DNA of 64,000 nt. Origin: Acidobacteriota bacterium. Lineage in GTDB: Bacteria; Acidobacteriota; UBA6911. Where the stretch lies: assembly GCA_963664705.1 (NCBI GenBank), contig OY761556.1, positions 3,744,001 through 3,808,000 on the forward strand. The letters run 5' to 3'. Below are positions 20,301-29,182 of the stretch, one piece after another. Each line of letters starts with the position of its first letter. The first letter of the stretch is position 1. The position numbers and the translations under genes are program-made. Below the pieces are notes generated by a model, which was not told where the DNA came from, did not search any database, and saw only the letters and a program-made list of their open reading frames with translations.

Positions 20301-21102
20301 GCTCGAGGAATATAACCAAAAATCACCCGGCAATCCGCAGGCAATGCACAGCCTGACCTTGGCCTATGTCAACAAATACATGAATGAAAAGAAACCGGAC
20401 AAGGCGATTCAGGTTATAAACCAGCAGGTAGCCAAATCTCCCGGAGCCGATCTTTTCCAGCTTCTAGGACAAGTCTATGTTTATCAGAAAAATTACGCCA
20501 AAGCAGAGGAAGCCTATCGAAAGGCATTATCACTCGACAGGAATAGTCTGGGCGTTTACGGTTTGTTGGGACAGCTTTACATGATTCAGAATTCCGCGGA
20601 TAAGGCAATCCAGGAACTAAAGAATGCACTAAAGGCAAATCCGCGTTCTGTAGAAGCCCACTTGGTTCTTGCGTCAATCTTGGAATCGAAAAACGATCGT
20701 GAAGCCGCGAAATTCCAATACCGCGAAGCGCTAGATGCGGATCCCAAATCGCCTGTAGCTGCAAATAATCTGGCTTGGATACTGGCAGACTCTGGATCCG
20801 ATCTGGACGAGGCTCTGCGCTTGGCCAGAATTGCGTCAGAGAGATTCCCGGATGTCGCCAATATACAGGACACACTGGGATGGGTTTATTATAAGAAGGG
20901 TTCATACAAACCTTCCATTGACATGCTGGAAAGCTGCGTTCGCAAGGATCCAAAGAATGCAGCTTATCAATATCACCTGGGAATGAGCTATTACAAGAAT
21001 GGCAACAGGCCACAAGCCAAGGCCGCCCTGGAACAGGCCTTAAAACTAAGTGCTTCCTTTCCCGGAGTGGAAGAAGCAAAGCAGACGCTGGCAAAGCTTT
21101 AG
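17323..21102 (+). CDS. prsT: PrsT-like TPR lipoprotein 1 (about 1259 aa)
   Basis: ATG 17323 after AAGGAAG; lipobox LMAAC; AMIEFRNALK; tandem TPRs; tail ANNLAW...DTLGWVY. Confidence 0.85.
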   Translation: MKRTICLLLTLCLLMAACSRSPQKSVERGKQFLQEKKYSEAMIEFRNALKADPKLADAHFQMGMTYLALGHISDAGPSIIQAATLDSGNIEAQILAGYFLILDRKFEEATSKALAVQKKDSRNIRAQILLGNSYVGKIDLNASIGALRNALLVEPKFLPAFFVFAMPQEARRDPLAEETLKKTCDQDAGSIEAKLALGNFYLMSKRMPEAEQQYRAALASNPRSIDANQALAFCFLQMQKLDQAEQLYAQLKDQNPQEPSLGIMLGDFYAGTGKMETAVRTYQQVMTANPKFAVAKRRLAGIYLSQKNFDTASQLAGELLKEDPRDFEAGLVQGRILLIQNKPEEAVKQLENTVKTAPRSSAAHYFLGIGYLQIRNTQKAEPEFTAATRLDPSFLQAKLALAQVVLDNGDADAAIRYSQEALTQNAGALDAKLILGSAYAVKGNFTAAIPELEEYANKVPANPIGRYRLGVVYLNQKNADKALAQFEAALKANPLHLESLASLCNIYLTQKAPDKAISRLTQTIATYPNVPELYQLLGRIYLAQNNTAKAEEQYRKAASVNSKNPNAGLSLAGFYSTIGQTDKSVVTLQGILKENPGNTAAATALGDLYISQKAFDKALSTADEMIQKNPKSAEALTLKGRVLLAQNKLQDAIGQLQNAVNLNGASPVARYYLGIAQLQARNPQRAEAELQESVKTAGRFVLPYVALATLKLDSGDSDAAAQLAQKALSINAALPDAALILGQAYTAKRDYANASKILEDLVKRYPDNAAAIKSLAQANLAMGNAVQAASLFSKILEKDPQNVEALTGMAGVQMMQNNPAKAEELYRKAAQLAPQNSGPKKGLASLYIRQKAYDKALPLADEIIKIGDPDGKTLKAQLLLSQNKGAEAAKELQSTAGTKGNSAQSRFMLGAAYLQDKKPAQAESEWNQAIQIDNKFAPAYLALAQLKLNSGDPDAAIRFAQEGLKADASMNNLHLILGNALASKADFSGAIKELEEYNQKSPGNPQAMHSLTLAYVNKYMNEKKPDKAIQVINQQVAKSPGADLFQLLGQVYVYQKNYAKAEEAYRKALSLDRNSLGVYGLLGQLYMIQNSADKAIQELKNALKANPRSVEAHLVLASILESKNDREAAKFQYREALDADPKSPVAANNLAWILADSGSDLDEALRLARIASERFPDVANIQDTLGWVYYKKGSYKPSIDMLESCVRKDPKNAAYQYHLGMSYYKNGNRPQAKAALEQALKLSASFPGVEEAKQTLAKL

Positions 21103-21111
21103 TTAACTGAC

Positions 21112-21165
21112 AGATACACAAATTCCACAGAAACCTTCATGAAGGTCTGTGGAATTTGTGTATCT
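21112..21165. repeat. 54-bp near-perfect palindrome between the two prsT paralogues
   Basis: agatacacaaattccacag-aa-accttcatgaaggt-ctgtggaatttgtgtatct. Confidence 0.9.
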
Positions 21166-21188
21166 AACGCTACTTTGGGGGATCTGAA

Positions 21189-24100
21189 ATGAAACGAATA
21201 TTCCTTTGCCTCATTGCATCCGTCCTTCTTTTGGCTTCATGTTCTCATGATCCCAAGAAATATATTGAAAGCGGGAAGAAATATCTCTCAGAAAAGAAGT
21301 ATAAAGAGGCGGCTCTGGAATTTCGAAATGCGCTCAAACGCGATTCACAGTCAGAAGAGGCTCACTACCAGATGGGCCAGGTTTATTCAGCGGTGGGAGA
21401 CTTCGGAGATGCGCTCCCTGAGTACCAAAGAGTAATCACCACCAATCCAAACCGATTGGATGCCCAACTCAAAGTCGGCAATCTATTGCTTCTCCAGCAT
21501 AGGCTCGCAGATGCACGAGCCAAAGCAGAGACAATTCTAAAGAAACAACCGAAAAATACCCGAGCTCTAATTCTTCAAGCCAATTCGTACTCCGGCTTGA
21601 TACACCTCAATGATTCCATTGAGGAACTGCGTTTATGGTTTGAACGAGAACCCAGACTCGTCCCCTCCTATCTTGACACCGGGGCAGACCAGGAAGCCAA
21701 GCTTCATACGCAGCTTGCCGAGGATATCTACCTGAAGGTCGTGGCTGTGGATGAAGGGTCGGTTGAAGCTCGCCTTGCGCTGGCGAATTACTACATGCAT
21801 CTGAAGCGCAATGAGGAAGCTGAGCAGCAATATCAAAAAGCAGCCGGCATCGACTCTAAATCGCGAGATGCCAATGCGGCGCTCGGGTTCTTTTATCTCC
21901 AGAATAAGAAATACGATCTGGCAGAAAAGTGGTATTCAAAGATCGGAAGTACCCATCCCGACAAAGAGGGAGCCGGGTTTTTGCTGGCGGATTTCTACAT
22001 TGCCTCCGAGCAGATTGATCGTGGGATTGAAGCATATCAAAAGATTCTATCGGCGGACTCAAAGTCAATTCTTGCACGAAAGCGGTTGGCAAATGTCTAT
22101 TTAAGTCAGCGAGCACTCGACAAAGCCATCCAGCAGGCAAATGAAATACTCAAACTGGACGCCAGCAATGCCGAGGCAAAATTTGTAAAGGGAAGAGTTC
22201 TTCTCGCACAAGATAAGCCAACAGAGGCGCTTACGGAGCTTGACAGCGTTGTAAAGTTATTTCCGGCATCGGCATGGGGACACTACTTTATGGGGATCGC
22301 TCTCGTTCGGACGGGCAATACGCAACGCGCGGACGAAGAGATATCTGCCGCAATTCGGCGCGATCCCACCATGGCCGATGCATACATAGCCCGAGCTGAA
22401 ATTAGGCTGGTCTCAGGAGACACCGAAACTTCATTGGCGGATGCCAAACAAGCAATAACTCTCAATGCCAATCTGGATCAAGGCCACCTCATTCTGGGCA
22501 GGGTATACCTTCAGAAAAAAGACTTTCAAAATGCACTGTCTGAATTGGAGGGATTTGCCAAACGAAATCCTTCAAGCGTCGCCGGTTCTCAAGCGCTTGG
22601 TCAGTTGTATGCACTCCAAGGAAAATCGGCTCAAGCTGAAGCTCAGATCGACGCGGCAATCAAAGCAGATCCTTCAAACATTGATACCTGGTCCCTTCTT
22701 GCCAGGTTTTATATCAGCCAAAAGAAACCGGAATCAGCTATTCAAAAGCTGAACCAGGCAATTGCCCTGGCTCCCACACAGGCAAAGCTCTATCAAATTC
22801 TGGGCCAGGTTTATGTTGCACAGAATAACCATGCAAAAGCAGAAGAGGCCTACCAAAAAGCAGCTCAACTGGACTCCAAGAACATCTCACAACAGCTGAA
22901 TCTGGTGAGCTTTTATTCTGGAACGGGCAATCTTGAGAAGAGCATTGAAACGCTTGAAACGATTATTAGAAATCAGCCCAACGACAATTCCGCAAGATTT
23001 ACGCTCGGACAGATTTATCTGGGGCAAAAGGCTTATGACAAAGTAACCGCCATTGCGGACGAAATGCTCAAGAGGGACACAAAGAGCAGCGATGCCCTTT
23101 TGCTGAAGGGGCGGGTTCTACTGGATCATCAAAAACCCAAGGAAGCAATCTCTCCGCTGCAAAATGCGGTTATCGCCAATCCATCCTCATCATCAGCCAG
23201 GTATTATTTGGGAGTTGCGCTATACCAAACAAAGGATGCAAAGCGGGCAGAGATGGAATGGAGCGAGGCTGTCAAAACTGCTGGCCGCTTTGTTCAACCA
23301 TTTATCGCACTCGCCCAACTCAAACTGGACTCAGGCGATACGGATTCAGCGATTCAGTATGCCAAGCAGGCATCCAGCCTGGATCCCACCGCTTCTTCCT
23401 CCAGACTGATACTGGGCAGTGCATACGGCAGCAAGCGAGACTATAAAAATGCTGTTGTAGAGCTCGAGGAATTTACCAAACGCGAACCTCGGAATGCCAT
23501 GGGCTTATATAGACTTGCATTGGCCTATTTGGGTGCCGGCAACCAGGCTCAAGCAGAACTCAAGTTCGAAGCATCGCTTGCGGCCGATCCCAATTCCATG
23601 AATGCGCTGGCGGCGTTGACCCGAATATATCTGGACCAAAAAAAACCTGAGAAAGCGATCCAGCGCTTAAACCAACAACTGAGTCGTACCAATCACCAAC
23701 CGGACATTTATCAGCTGCTTGGGCAGGTTTATGCCTTTCAGAAAGACTATCCCAAAGCAGAAGAGGCCTACCAAAAGGCGGTCCAGGCGGATCCTGGCAA
23801 TGTAACACGCAGAGAGTCCCTGGCAAGCTTCTACACAAGCATCGGCAAACCTGAAAAAAGCATTCAGAACTATGAGGCAATTCTGAAACAAAACCCAGGG
23901 AATGCGGAACTGAAAAAACGACTTGCAGAGCTATATCTGAGCCAAAAGCTCTATGATAAAAGCCTTCAAATCGCGGAAGATATGCTTAAGGCCAATCCTA
24001 AAGATGGCAATGCTTTGCTTGTAAAAGGGAAAATATATCTGGTTTCGAACAAGAATGATCAAGCCGTTGCAGAACTACAAAAGGCCATAGCCAGTAATCC

Positions 24101-25283
24101 TCAATTGGTTGATGCGCGCTACTACCTTGGCATGGCTTATCTACAGAAAAAAAACACCAGCCAGGCAGAGGTAGAATTGAGTGAGGCGATCCGGAAGGAT
24201 AATAAATATTCCCCGGCATTGCTTGGCCTTGCGCGGATCAGATTGGAAAAAAAGGATAATAAAGGAGCGATCCGCTACGCCCAGCAGGCACTGCAGGCAG
24301 ATCCCAATTCGGGAGAAGCCAGACTTTTGCTTGGCGGCGCCCTTTTGGGTGATGCACGCTATAAAGAAGCCCTTGAACAATTGGAAATTGCAGCGAATCT
24401 CAACGCGAACAACTCACGCATTGCCTATATGCTGGGCACGGCAAATGCGGCCTTGGGCGCTGATTCAAAAGCAGAAACAGCTTTTGAATCAGCGCTAAAA
24501 AATGATCCTCAAAATATGGATGCCCTGGCAGGTCTTTCCACCATCTACCTAAAAAACAAAAAGCCGGAAAAAGCACTGCAGCGAATCGAAAAGTACCTTC
24601 AGCAGTTTCCCAATTCTCCCATAGCCTATGAGATTGCGGGACAGGTTTATTCTGCACAAAAAAACTATGCTAAGGCAGAGGAGTCCTATCGTAAGGCACT
24701 TTCTCTCGACAAAAACAGATTTGCGGCCTATTCCTTCCTGGCCAGGCTGTTTCTAAAGCAGAAATCCTATGACAAAGCCATAGCAGAACTGCAGAATAAA
24801 CTAAAATCCGGCCCTGAATCCAGCCAAAGCCATCTGCTTTTGGGGATGATCTATCAAGCCCAAAAGAAAGATGATTTGGCAAAATCCCAATATGCCAGCG
24901 CACTTAAAGTTGATCCAGGCCTGGCAGTGGCAGCCAACAACATGGCTTGGCTGATCTGTGAAACCGGAGGAAACCTGAATGAGGCGCTTGCCTTCGCGCA
25001 AAAAGCCAAAGACGGAATGCCTGATTCGGCAGAAATTGCGGACACACTTGGATGGATATATTTCAAGAAAGGCGCTCACCGCTCTGCCATAGATCTGTTC
25101 AAATTCTGCACTTCAAAGGATCCCAATAACTCTCTGTTCCACTATCATCTTAGCCTGTCGCTTTCTAAAAATGGTGAAAGCGCCAAAGCAAAGGAGTCGA
25201 TGGTCAAAGCAGTGAGTATAGATGCCACTTTGGGCAAAAATTCAGAGGCCAGGCAGATATTGGGATTAGGAGGCACCAAGTGA
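21189..25283 (+). CDS. prsT: PrsT-like TPR lipoprotein 2 (1364 aa)
   Basis: Lipobox LLASC; AALEFRNALK; TPRs; tail ANNMAW...DTLGWIY; paralogue of the upstream gene. Confidence 0.85.
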   Translation: MKRIFLCLIASVLLLASCSHDPKKYIESGKKYLSEKKYKEAALEFRNALKRDSQSEEAHYQMGQVYSAVGDFGDALPEYQRVITTNPNRLDAQLKVGNLLLLQHRLADARAKAETILKKQPKNTRALILQANSYSGLIHLNDSIEELRLWFEREPRLVPSYLDTGADQEAKLHTQLAEDIYLKVVAVDEGSVEARLALANYYMHLKRNEEAEQQYQKAAGIDSKSRDANAALGFFYLQNKKYDLAEKWYSKIGSTHPDKEGAGFLLADFYIASEQIDRGIEAYQKILSADSKSILARKRLANVYLSQRALDKAIQQANEILKLDASNAEAKFVKGRVLLAQDKPTEALTELDSVVKLFPASAWGHYFMGIALVRTGNTQRADEEISAAIRRDPTMADAYIARAEIRLVSGDTETSLADAKQAITLNANLDQGHLILGRVYLQKKDFQNALSELEGFAKRNPSSVAGSQALGQLYALQGKSAQAEAQIDAAIKADPSNIDTWSLLARFYISQKKPESAIQKLNQAIALAPTQAKLYQILGQVYVAQNNHAKAEEAYQKAAQLDSKNISQQLNLVSFYSGTGNLEKSIETLETIIRNQPNDNSARFTLGQIYLGQKAYDKVTAIADEMLKRDTKSSDALLLKGRVLLDHQKPKEAISPLQNAVIANPSSSSARYYLGVALYQTKDAKRAEMEWSEAVKTAGRFVQPFIALAQLKLDSGDTDSAIQYAKQASSLDPTASSSRLILGSAYGSKRDYKNAVVELEEFTKREPRNAMGLYRLALAYLGAGNQAQAELKFEASLAADPNSMNALAALTRIYLDQKKPEKAIQRLNQQLSRTNHQPDIYQLLGQVYAFQKDYPKAEEAYQKAVQADPGNVTRRESLASFYTSIGKPEKSIQNYEAILKQNPGNAELKKRLAELYLSQKLYDKSLQIAEDMLKANPKDGNALLVKGKIYLVSNKNDQAVAELQKAIASNPQLVDARYYLGMAYLQKKNTSQAEVELSEAIRKDNKYSPALLGLARIRLEKKDNKGAIRYAQQALQADPNSGEARLLLGGALLGDARYKEALEQLEIAANLNANNSRIAYMLGTANAALGADSKAETAFESALKNDPQNMDALAGLSTIYLKNKKPEKALQRIEKYLQQFPNSPIAYEIAGQVYSAQKNYAKAEESYRKALSLDKNRFAAYSFLARLFLKQKSYDKAIAELQNKLKSGPESSQSHLLLGMIYQAQKKDDLAKSQYASALKVDPGLAVAANNMAWLICETGGNLNEALAFAQKAKDGMPDSAEIADTLGWIYFKKGAHRSAIDLFKFCTSKDPNNSLFHYHLSLSLSKNGESAKAKESMVKAVSIDATLGKNSEARQILGLGGTK

Positions 25284-25324
25284 ATAGTGCCCAAAACGTC
25301 GGTGCATCGGTCAGAAAAAGTGTC

Positions 25325-25363
25325 TGTCGGAATACCTTACGAAGCCTGTCGGCAAGCTTTACA
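25325..25363 (+). promoter_or_regulatory. Tandem putative PrsR enhancer boxes (TGT-N11-AC[A/G])
   Basis: tgtcggaataccttacg (25325-25341) and tgtcggcaagctttaca (25347-25363), about 120 bp upstream of a sigma54-like site. Confidence 0.6.
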
Positions 25364-25483
25364 AAACGCAGGCTGCCGTCAAATATCCCAGGGACCGACG
25401 TTTTTTATTTTTGCGCATGTTATTCATTTGTTTTCAATGCTTTACACAGATAATTGTCATTGCTACTTCAGAAAATGGAGATT

Positions 25484-25499
25484 TGGCACGGATATTGTA
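25484..25499 (+). promoter_or_regulatory. Putative sigma54 -24/-12 promoter
   Basis: TGGCACG-GATA-TTGTA (one mismatch at -12). Confidence 0.6.
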
Positions 25500-25542
25500 T
25501 TAAACATGGCGACGCTCAACGCAATCTTTGAAGGAGGATGTG

Positions 25543-26232
25543 ATGAAAAGAGTATTTTCGTTAGCTATGTTGTTGTTGGTGACCATGACCGTATCGGTTT
25601 TTGCAACCCCAACTCTCTGGTTGGATGATCCCAATGATGCCTTGGCTCCGGTAATAGTAGCGGATGGAAGCGGTCTCGATGCCAATTCGGCCGTTGGTGT
25701 TGTTACCTATGTAGGCGCGGTTGGAAGTGTGTGGACAATTAATGTAAGCACTGGTCTTACCAAGCCTGAACAGGGAAGTGCGATATCTCCATACATGGAT
25801 TTTAGCAGCGTGAACAAAAGCAAGACTGGTGGAACGCTTTACCTGTGGTTTACTGAAACAGACTTTGTCCCTGCAGACGGCAACTTCGCCGCATCACTTA
25901 ATGTTGGCGGAACGGTTGCAAACGGTGGGCAAGCTATTTTTGGATGGTACTTGGATCAGAATAATTCACAGCTTGCTTTAAGCGGAAGCACCAATCCGCT
26001 TGCCTTAACTCCCTATTTCGATGCCGGCGCCTTTGCCTATAGCTCCTCAGCATCGGTTACCGGTTTGACTGGACCTTTCTCGCTTGCGCTTGGAGCCAAC
26101 ATCTTCCACGCCAGCGAAGGAACAACCAGTTTTGACCAAGAGTTGAGCCCAGTTCCAGAGCCGGTTTCGGTAGCACTGCTCGGTTTCGGACTGGTAGGAC
26201 TTGGATTGGCCAGAAGATTCGGAAAAAAGTAA
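25543..26232 (+). CDS. PEP-CTERM sorting domain surface protein
   Basis: AGGAGG RBS, signal peptide, C-terminal VPEP-TM-RRFGKK. Confidence 0.95.
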   Translation: MKRVFSLAMLLLVTMTVSVFATPTLWLDDPNDALAPVIVADGSGLDANSAVGVVTYVGAVGSVWTINVSTGLTKPEQGSAISPYMDFSSVNKSKTGGTLYLWFTETDFVPADGNFAASLNVGGTVANGGQAIFGWYLDQNNSQLALSGSTNPLALTPYFDAGAFAYSSSASVTGLTGPFSLALGANIFHASEGTTSFDQELSPVPEPVSVALLGFGLVGLGLARRFGKK

Positions 26233-26273
26233 ATCCGCTAGTAACTTAGGCAATAGCCTAAGTGCGGTATGGC

Positions 26274-26307
26274 AAAAAAGGGATGCAATGGTTTGCATCC
26301 CTTTTTT
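26274..26307. terminator. Intrinsic, probably bidirectional terminator
   Basis: aaaaaagggatgcaa-tggt-ttgcatccctttttt. Confidence 0.8.
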
Positions 26308-26436
26308 ATTGGTGTCTGGTGCTAAACCCAGCGGAGGTACGGCATGCCTGGGGCGGTCATAACCGATCTTCGCAGCCATATATTCCCCAAGAATTTCCCG
26401 GGCGAGATCCACAAGAATCACGGGAAAGTAGAAGCG

Positions 26437-26920
26437 CTAGAACAGGTTTTTTCTTTTTGCAAAAAGACATAGGCCGGCTAATCCCGTACCCAGAAGCAGC
26501 AGCGAAGCAGGCTCTGGAGAATGGACACCAGGGTAATTCGGATCAGACAGGGCACTCCCATACTGGAAGCTGACATTGGAAATGTCTAAGAGCTGAAATC
26601 CCGTCGGAAGATTGCCTATCGTGAGTATAGCGGAATCCTTGATCAATCCTCCGCTGCCAAGGATATTCCCCTTTGCTCCCGTGCCGCGGTTATCCCCCGC
26701 TGAAAGCAGGCCATAATCCCCGCCGCCTTTCATTCGCTCCATTTGGCGTCCCGGTCAAGCTGTTTTTGTAAGCCCACTCCCCCCCGACAATACCTCCCAC
26801 AGGCTGTCCCTTGCCCAATAATGGATTGCCGACAGAGGTGAAAACAATCCGGAAAAAACTTGTTTTTTCAACAAGAGCATCCCAGTCCCCGTGCTGGAAG
26901 AGCGATGAAAAAGCAACCTA
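26437..26920 (-). pseudogene. Decayed duplicate of PEP-CTERM gene 33890-34696
   Basis: 26431-26728 is nearly identical to 33945-34241; about 80-nt and about 50-nt internal deletions; similarity fades toward the 5' end; keeps SPEP-TM-KRKNLF tail. Left end firm, right end approximate. Confidence 0.88.
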
Positions 26921-27127
26921 ATCTCTGGAAGTTCATTGATGGATTGTCAGTGCTATAGGCGCATTTTTTGAGCGAGATCCATTTCCCAGATCGTTGGCTT
27001 CTCGTTCAATGGCAAGCAGCCGGTTTATTCTATCCATCGTCAAAGGCGATATACTCCAAATTGAAAAATCCTTCCATCGTTTAGAAAATTCGATAACTAT
27101 GGGTTATCATTTGCCGAATATAAATAA

Positions 27128-28912
27128 ATGACAAATAACCATCTTGATTACGCAGAGCTACTTCGGGAATCACGTCTAGCAAATGAATCTGCAGGCTGGC
27201 CTGTCATCCGGCTGGCATTGCTGGGCGATAATGCAGTCCAGCAATTTACGCCATTGCTTCGGGCATTATTCCTTCGCGCAAATATCAAAGCTGAGATTTT
27301 CGAGGGCAGCTTTGACGGATCAGAATTTGAATCGCTGAACAAAGCATCCGCGCTATATGCATTTAAACCTGATTTCGTTGTTATTCTGGACTCAGCACAG
27401 GGCTTACGCGATAAATATTACCAGTCCTCAAATGATTCATTCATGCAAGAAATTTTGGCCAAAACGGTCAGAATTTGGGATGCAATCCACGATAACTGCG
27501 AAGCCCAGATAATCCAAACCAATTATGCCTCCGTAGTTGAACGCATATACGGGAATTATGATTTAAAAGCTCCATCCTCATTAACAAGAATCGTTTCTTC
27601 TCTTAATTGCTCAATTGTGGAAGCGGCTACAGGCCGTCGGCATGTATTATTGCTGGACATCGAAAATCTGGCATCTTGGTTTGGACGAAGAGATTGGTTT
27701 GACGAACGCTTTTGGACGATGTCGAAATCCTTTTGTGCTCCTGAGCTTATGCCACAGGTGGCAAAGAATATCGTGGATATGGTGCTTTCAATGCGGGGCC
27801 GCACGGTGAAATGCGTGATTCTGGATCTGGACAACACGCTTTGGGGGGGAGTGATTGGCGATGAGGGCGTCCACGGAATAAGCATCAGTGCTCATGGTGC
27901 AGGGGAGGATTTCTATCGTTTCCAATGTTTTATGCGTGAACTAAAAAACCGGGGCATTTTGCTCGCCGTTTGCAGCAAAAATGAGTATGCAAACGCTGTT
28001 GCGCCTTTTGAAGAAAACGATTCGATGGTACTAAAGCTGTCCGATATTACGGTTTTTGTGGCAAACTGGGACAATAAAGCTGCCAATATTGAACGCATTC
28101 AGAAAGCACTCAATATTGGTCTCGATTCAATGGTATTCTTGGATGACAATCCTTTCGAACGTAACCTTGTGCGCGAAATGCTTCCCGCAGTAATCGTTCC
28201 CGAGCTTCCGGAGGATCCTTCGGAGTATGTCCGGGCAATCTGTGATCTTAATCTGTTTGAAACCAGTTCGCATTCCATTGAAGACGGACAAAGAACTGAG
28301 TTGTATCGGGTTGAAGCGCAACGAGAGATGGCAAGAGCAGATGCCGCAAGTTTTGAGGATTTTCTGCAATCGCTTAACATGCAGATTAAAATAGGCCGCT
28401 TTACGCAGGAACAGCTACCAAGGATAGTTCAGTTATTGCAGCGGAGCAATCAGTTCAACCTGACCACTCATCGATATACATCAGCGCAGTGTGAATCGAT
28501 GGCGAACGAGCATGAAAACTGTTTGCCCATCATTGCCTCCCTGAACGACCGTTTCGGCGATCATGGGCTTATTTCAATAGTTGTGGCGCGCACTGAGGCC
28601 GAGACGGGAACATTTGTAATAACCGACTGGCTTATGAGCTGCCGCGTACTGAAGCGGGGCGTAGAGCAATACATCATGAATTTTATATTCGAGGAGGCAA
28701 GGGCGCGCGGCTTAGCAATGGTTAGAGGTGAGTACATCCCCACAGCGAAAAATGGAATGGTACGGGATTTTTTTGAACAATTTGGATTTTTGAAGACGCA
28801 TGAAAATGTGGAGGGTCAGTCGATATGGACACTGGATACAAATGCATATTTGCATTCCACCACATTTGTAAAGGCGATAGACAAACCCAGTTCAACAAAT
28901 ATTGAAAAATAG
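27128..28912 (+). CDS. fkbH: FkbH-like HAD-IIIC glyceryl-ACP forming enzyme
   Basis: DLDNTLWGG, CSKN, FLDDNPFER, RSNQFN, DRFGDHG, LMSCRVL. Confidence 0.93.
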   Translation: MTNNHLDYAELLRESRLANESAGWPVIRLALLGDNAVQQFTPLLRALFLRANIKAEIFEGSFDGSEFESLNKASALYAFKPDFVVILDSAQGLRDKYYQSSNDSFMQEILAKTVRIWDAIHDNCEAQIIQTNYASVVERIYGNYDLKAPSSLTRIVSSLNCSIVEAATGRRHVLLLDIENLASWFGRRDWFDERFWTMSKSFCAPELMPQVAKNIVDMVLSMRGRTVKCVILDLDNTLWGGVIGDEGVHGISISAHGAGEDFYRFQCFMRELKNRGILLAVCSKNEYANAVAPFEENDSMVLKLSDITVFVANWDNKAANIERIQKALNIGLDSMVFLDDNPFERNLVREMLPAVIVPELPEDPSEYVRAICDLNLFETSSHSIEDGQRTELYRVEAQREMARADAASFEDFLQSLNMQIKIGRFTQEQLPRIVQLLQRSNQFNLTTHRYTSAQCESMANEHENCLPIIASLNDRFGDHGLISIVVARTEAETGTFVITDWLMSCRVLKRGVEQYIMNFIFEEARARGLAMVRGEYIPTAKNGMVRDFFEQFGFLKTHENVEGQSIWTLDTNAYLHSTTFVKAIDKPSSTNIEK

Positions 28913-28923
28913 GCAATAATCAA

Positions 28924-29169
28924 ATGAATCAAATAGAAATTGAAAAACTGTTGCAGGGAGTTTTCCATAAGGTATTCGATAATCCTGACCTATGCGTGTC
29001 GCCACAAACGACGGCAAGCGATGTCACAGGCTGGGACTCCCTTACACATATAAATCTTATTGTAGCAATCGAAAAGGCTTTTAAGGTTCGATTTACAACG
29101 GCGGAAGTATCCGGAATGCAAAAAGTGGGAGACCTTCTTGTATTAATTGAGCGTAAAACCGGCAAGTGA
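28924..29169 (+). CDS. Acyl carrier protein
   Basis: 81 aa, GWDSL phosphopantetheine Ser motif, directly after fkbH. Confidence 0.93.
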   Translation: MNQIEIEKLLQGVFHKVFDNPDLCVSPQTTASDVTGWDSLTHINLIVAIEKAFKVRFTTAEVSGMQKVGDLLVLIERKTGK

Positions 29170-29182
29170 GAGGATACATTAA

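Noticed and set aside
26437-26742. 101-aa ORF as a functional mini PEP-CTERM protein
   Set aside because: Its start arises from a deletion junction and it has no signal peptide; treated as a pseudogene
27128-29169. FkbH + ACP as a polyketide/tetronate cluster
   Set aside because: No KS, FabH-like or FkbI/K genes; partners are MBOAT and SGNH in an EPS locus
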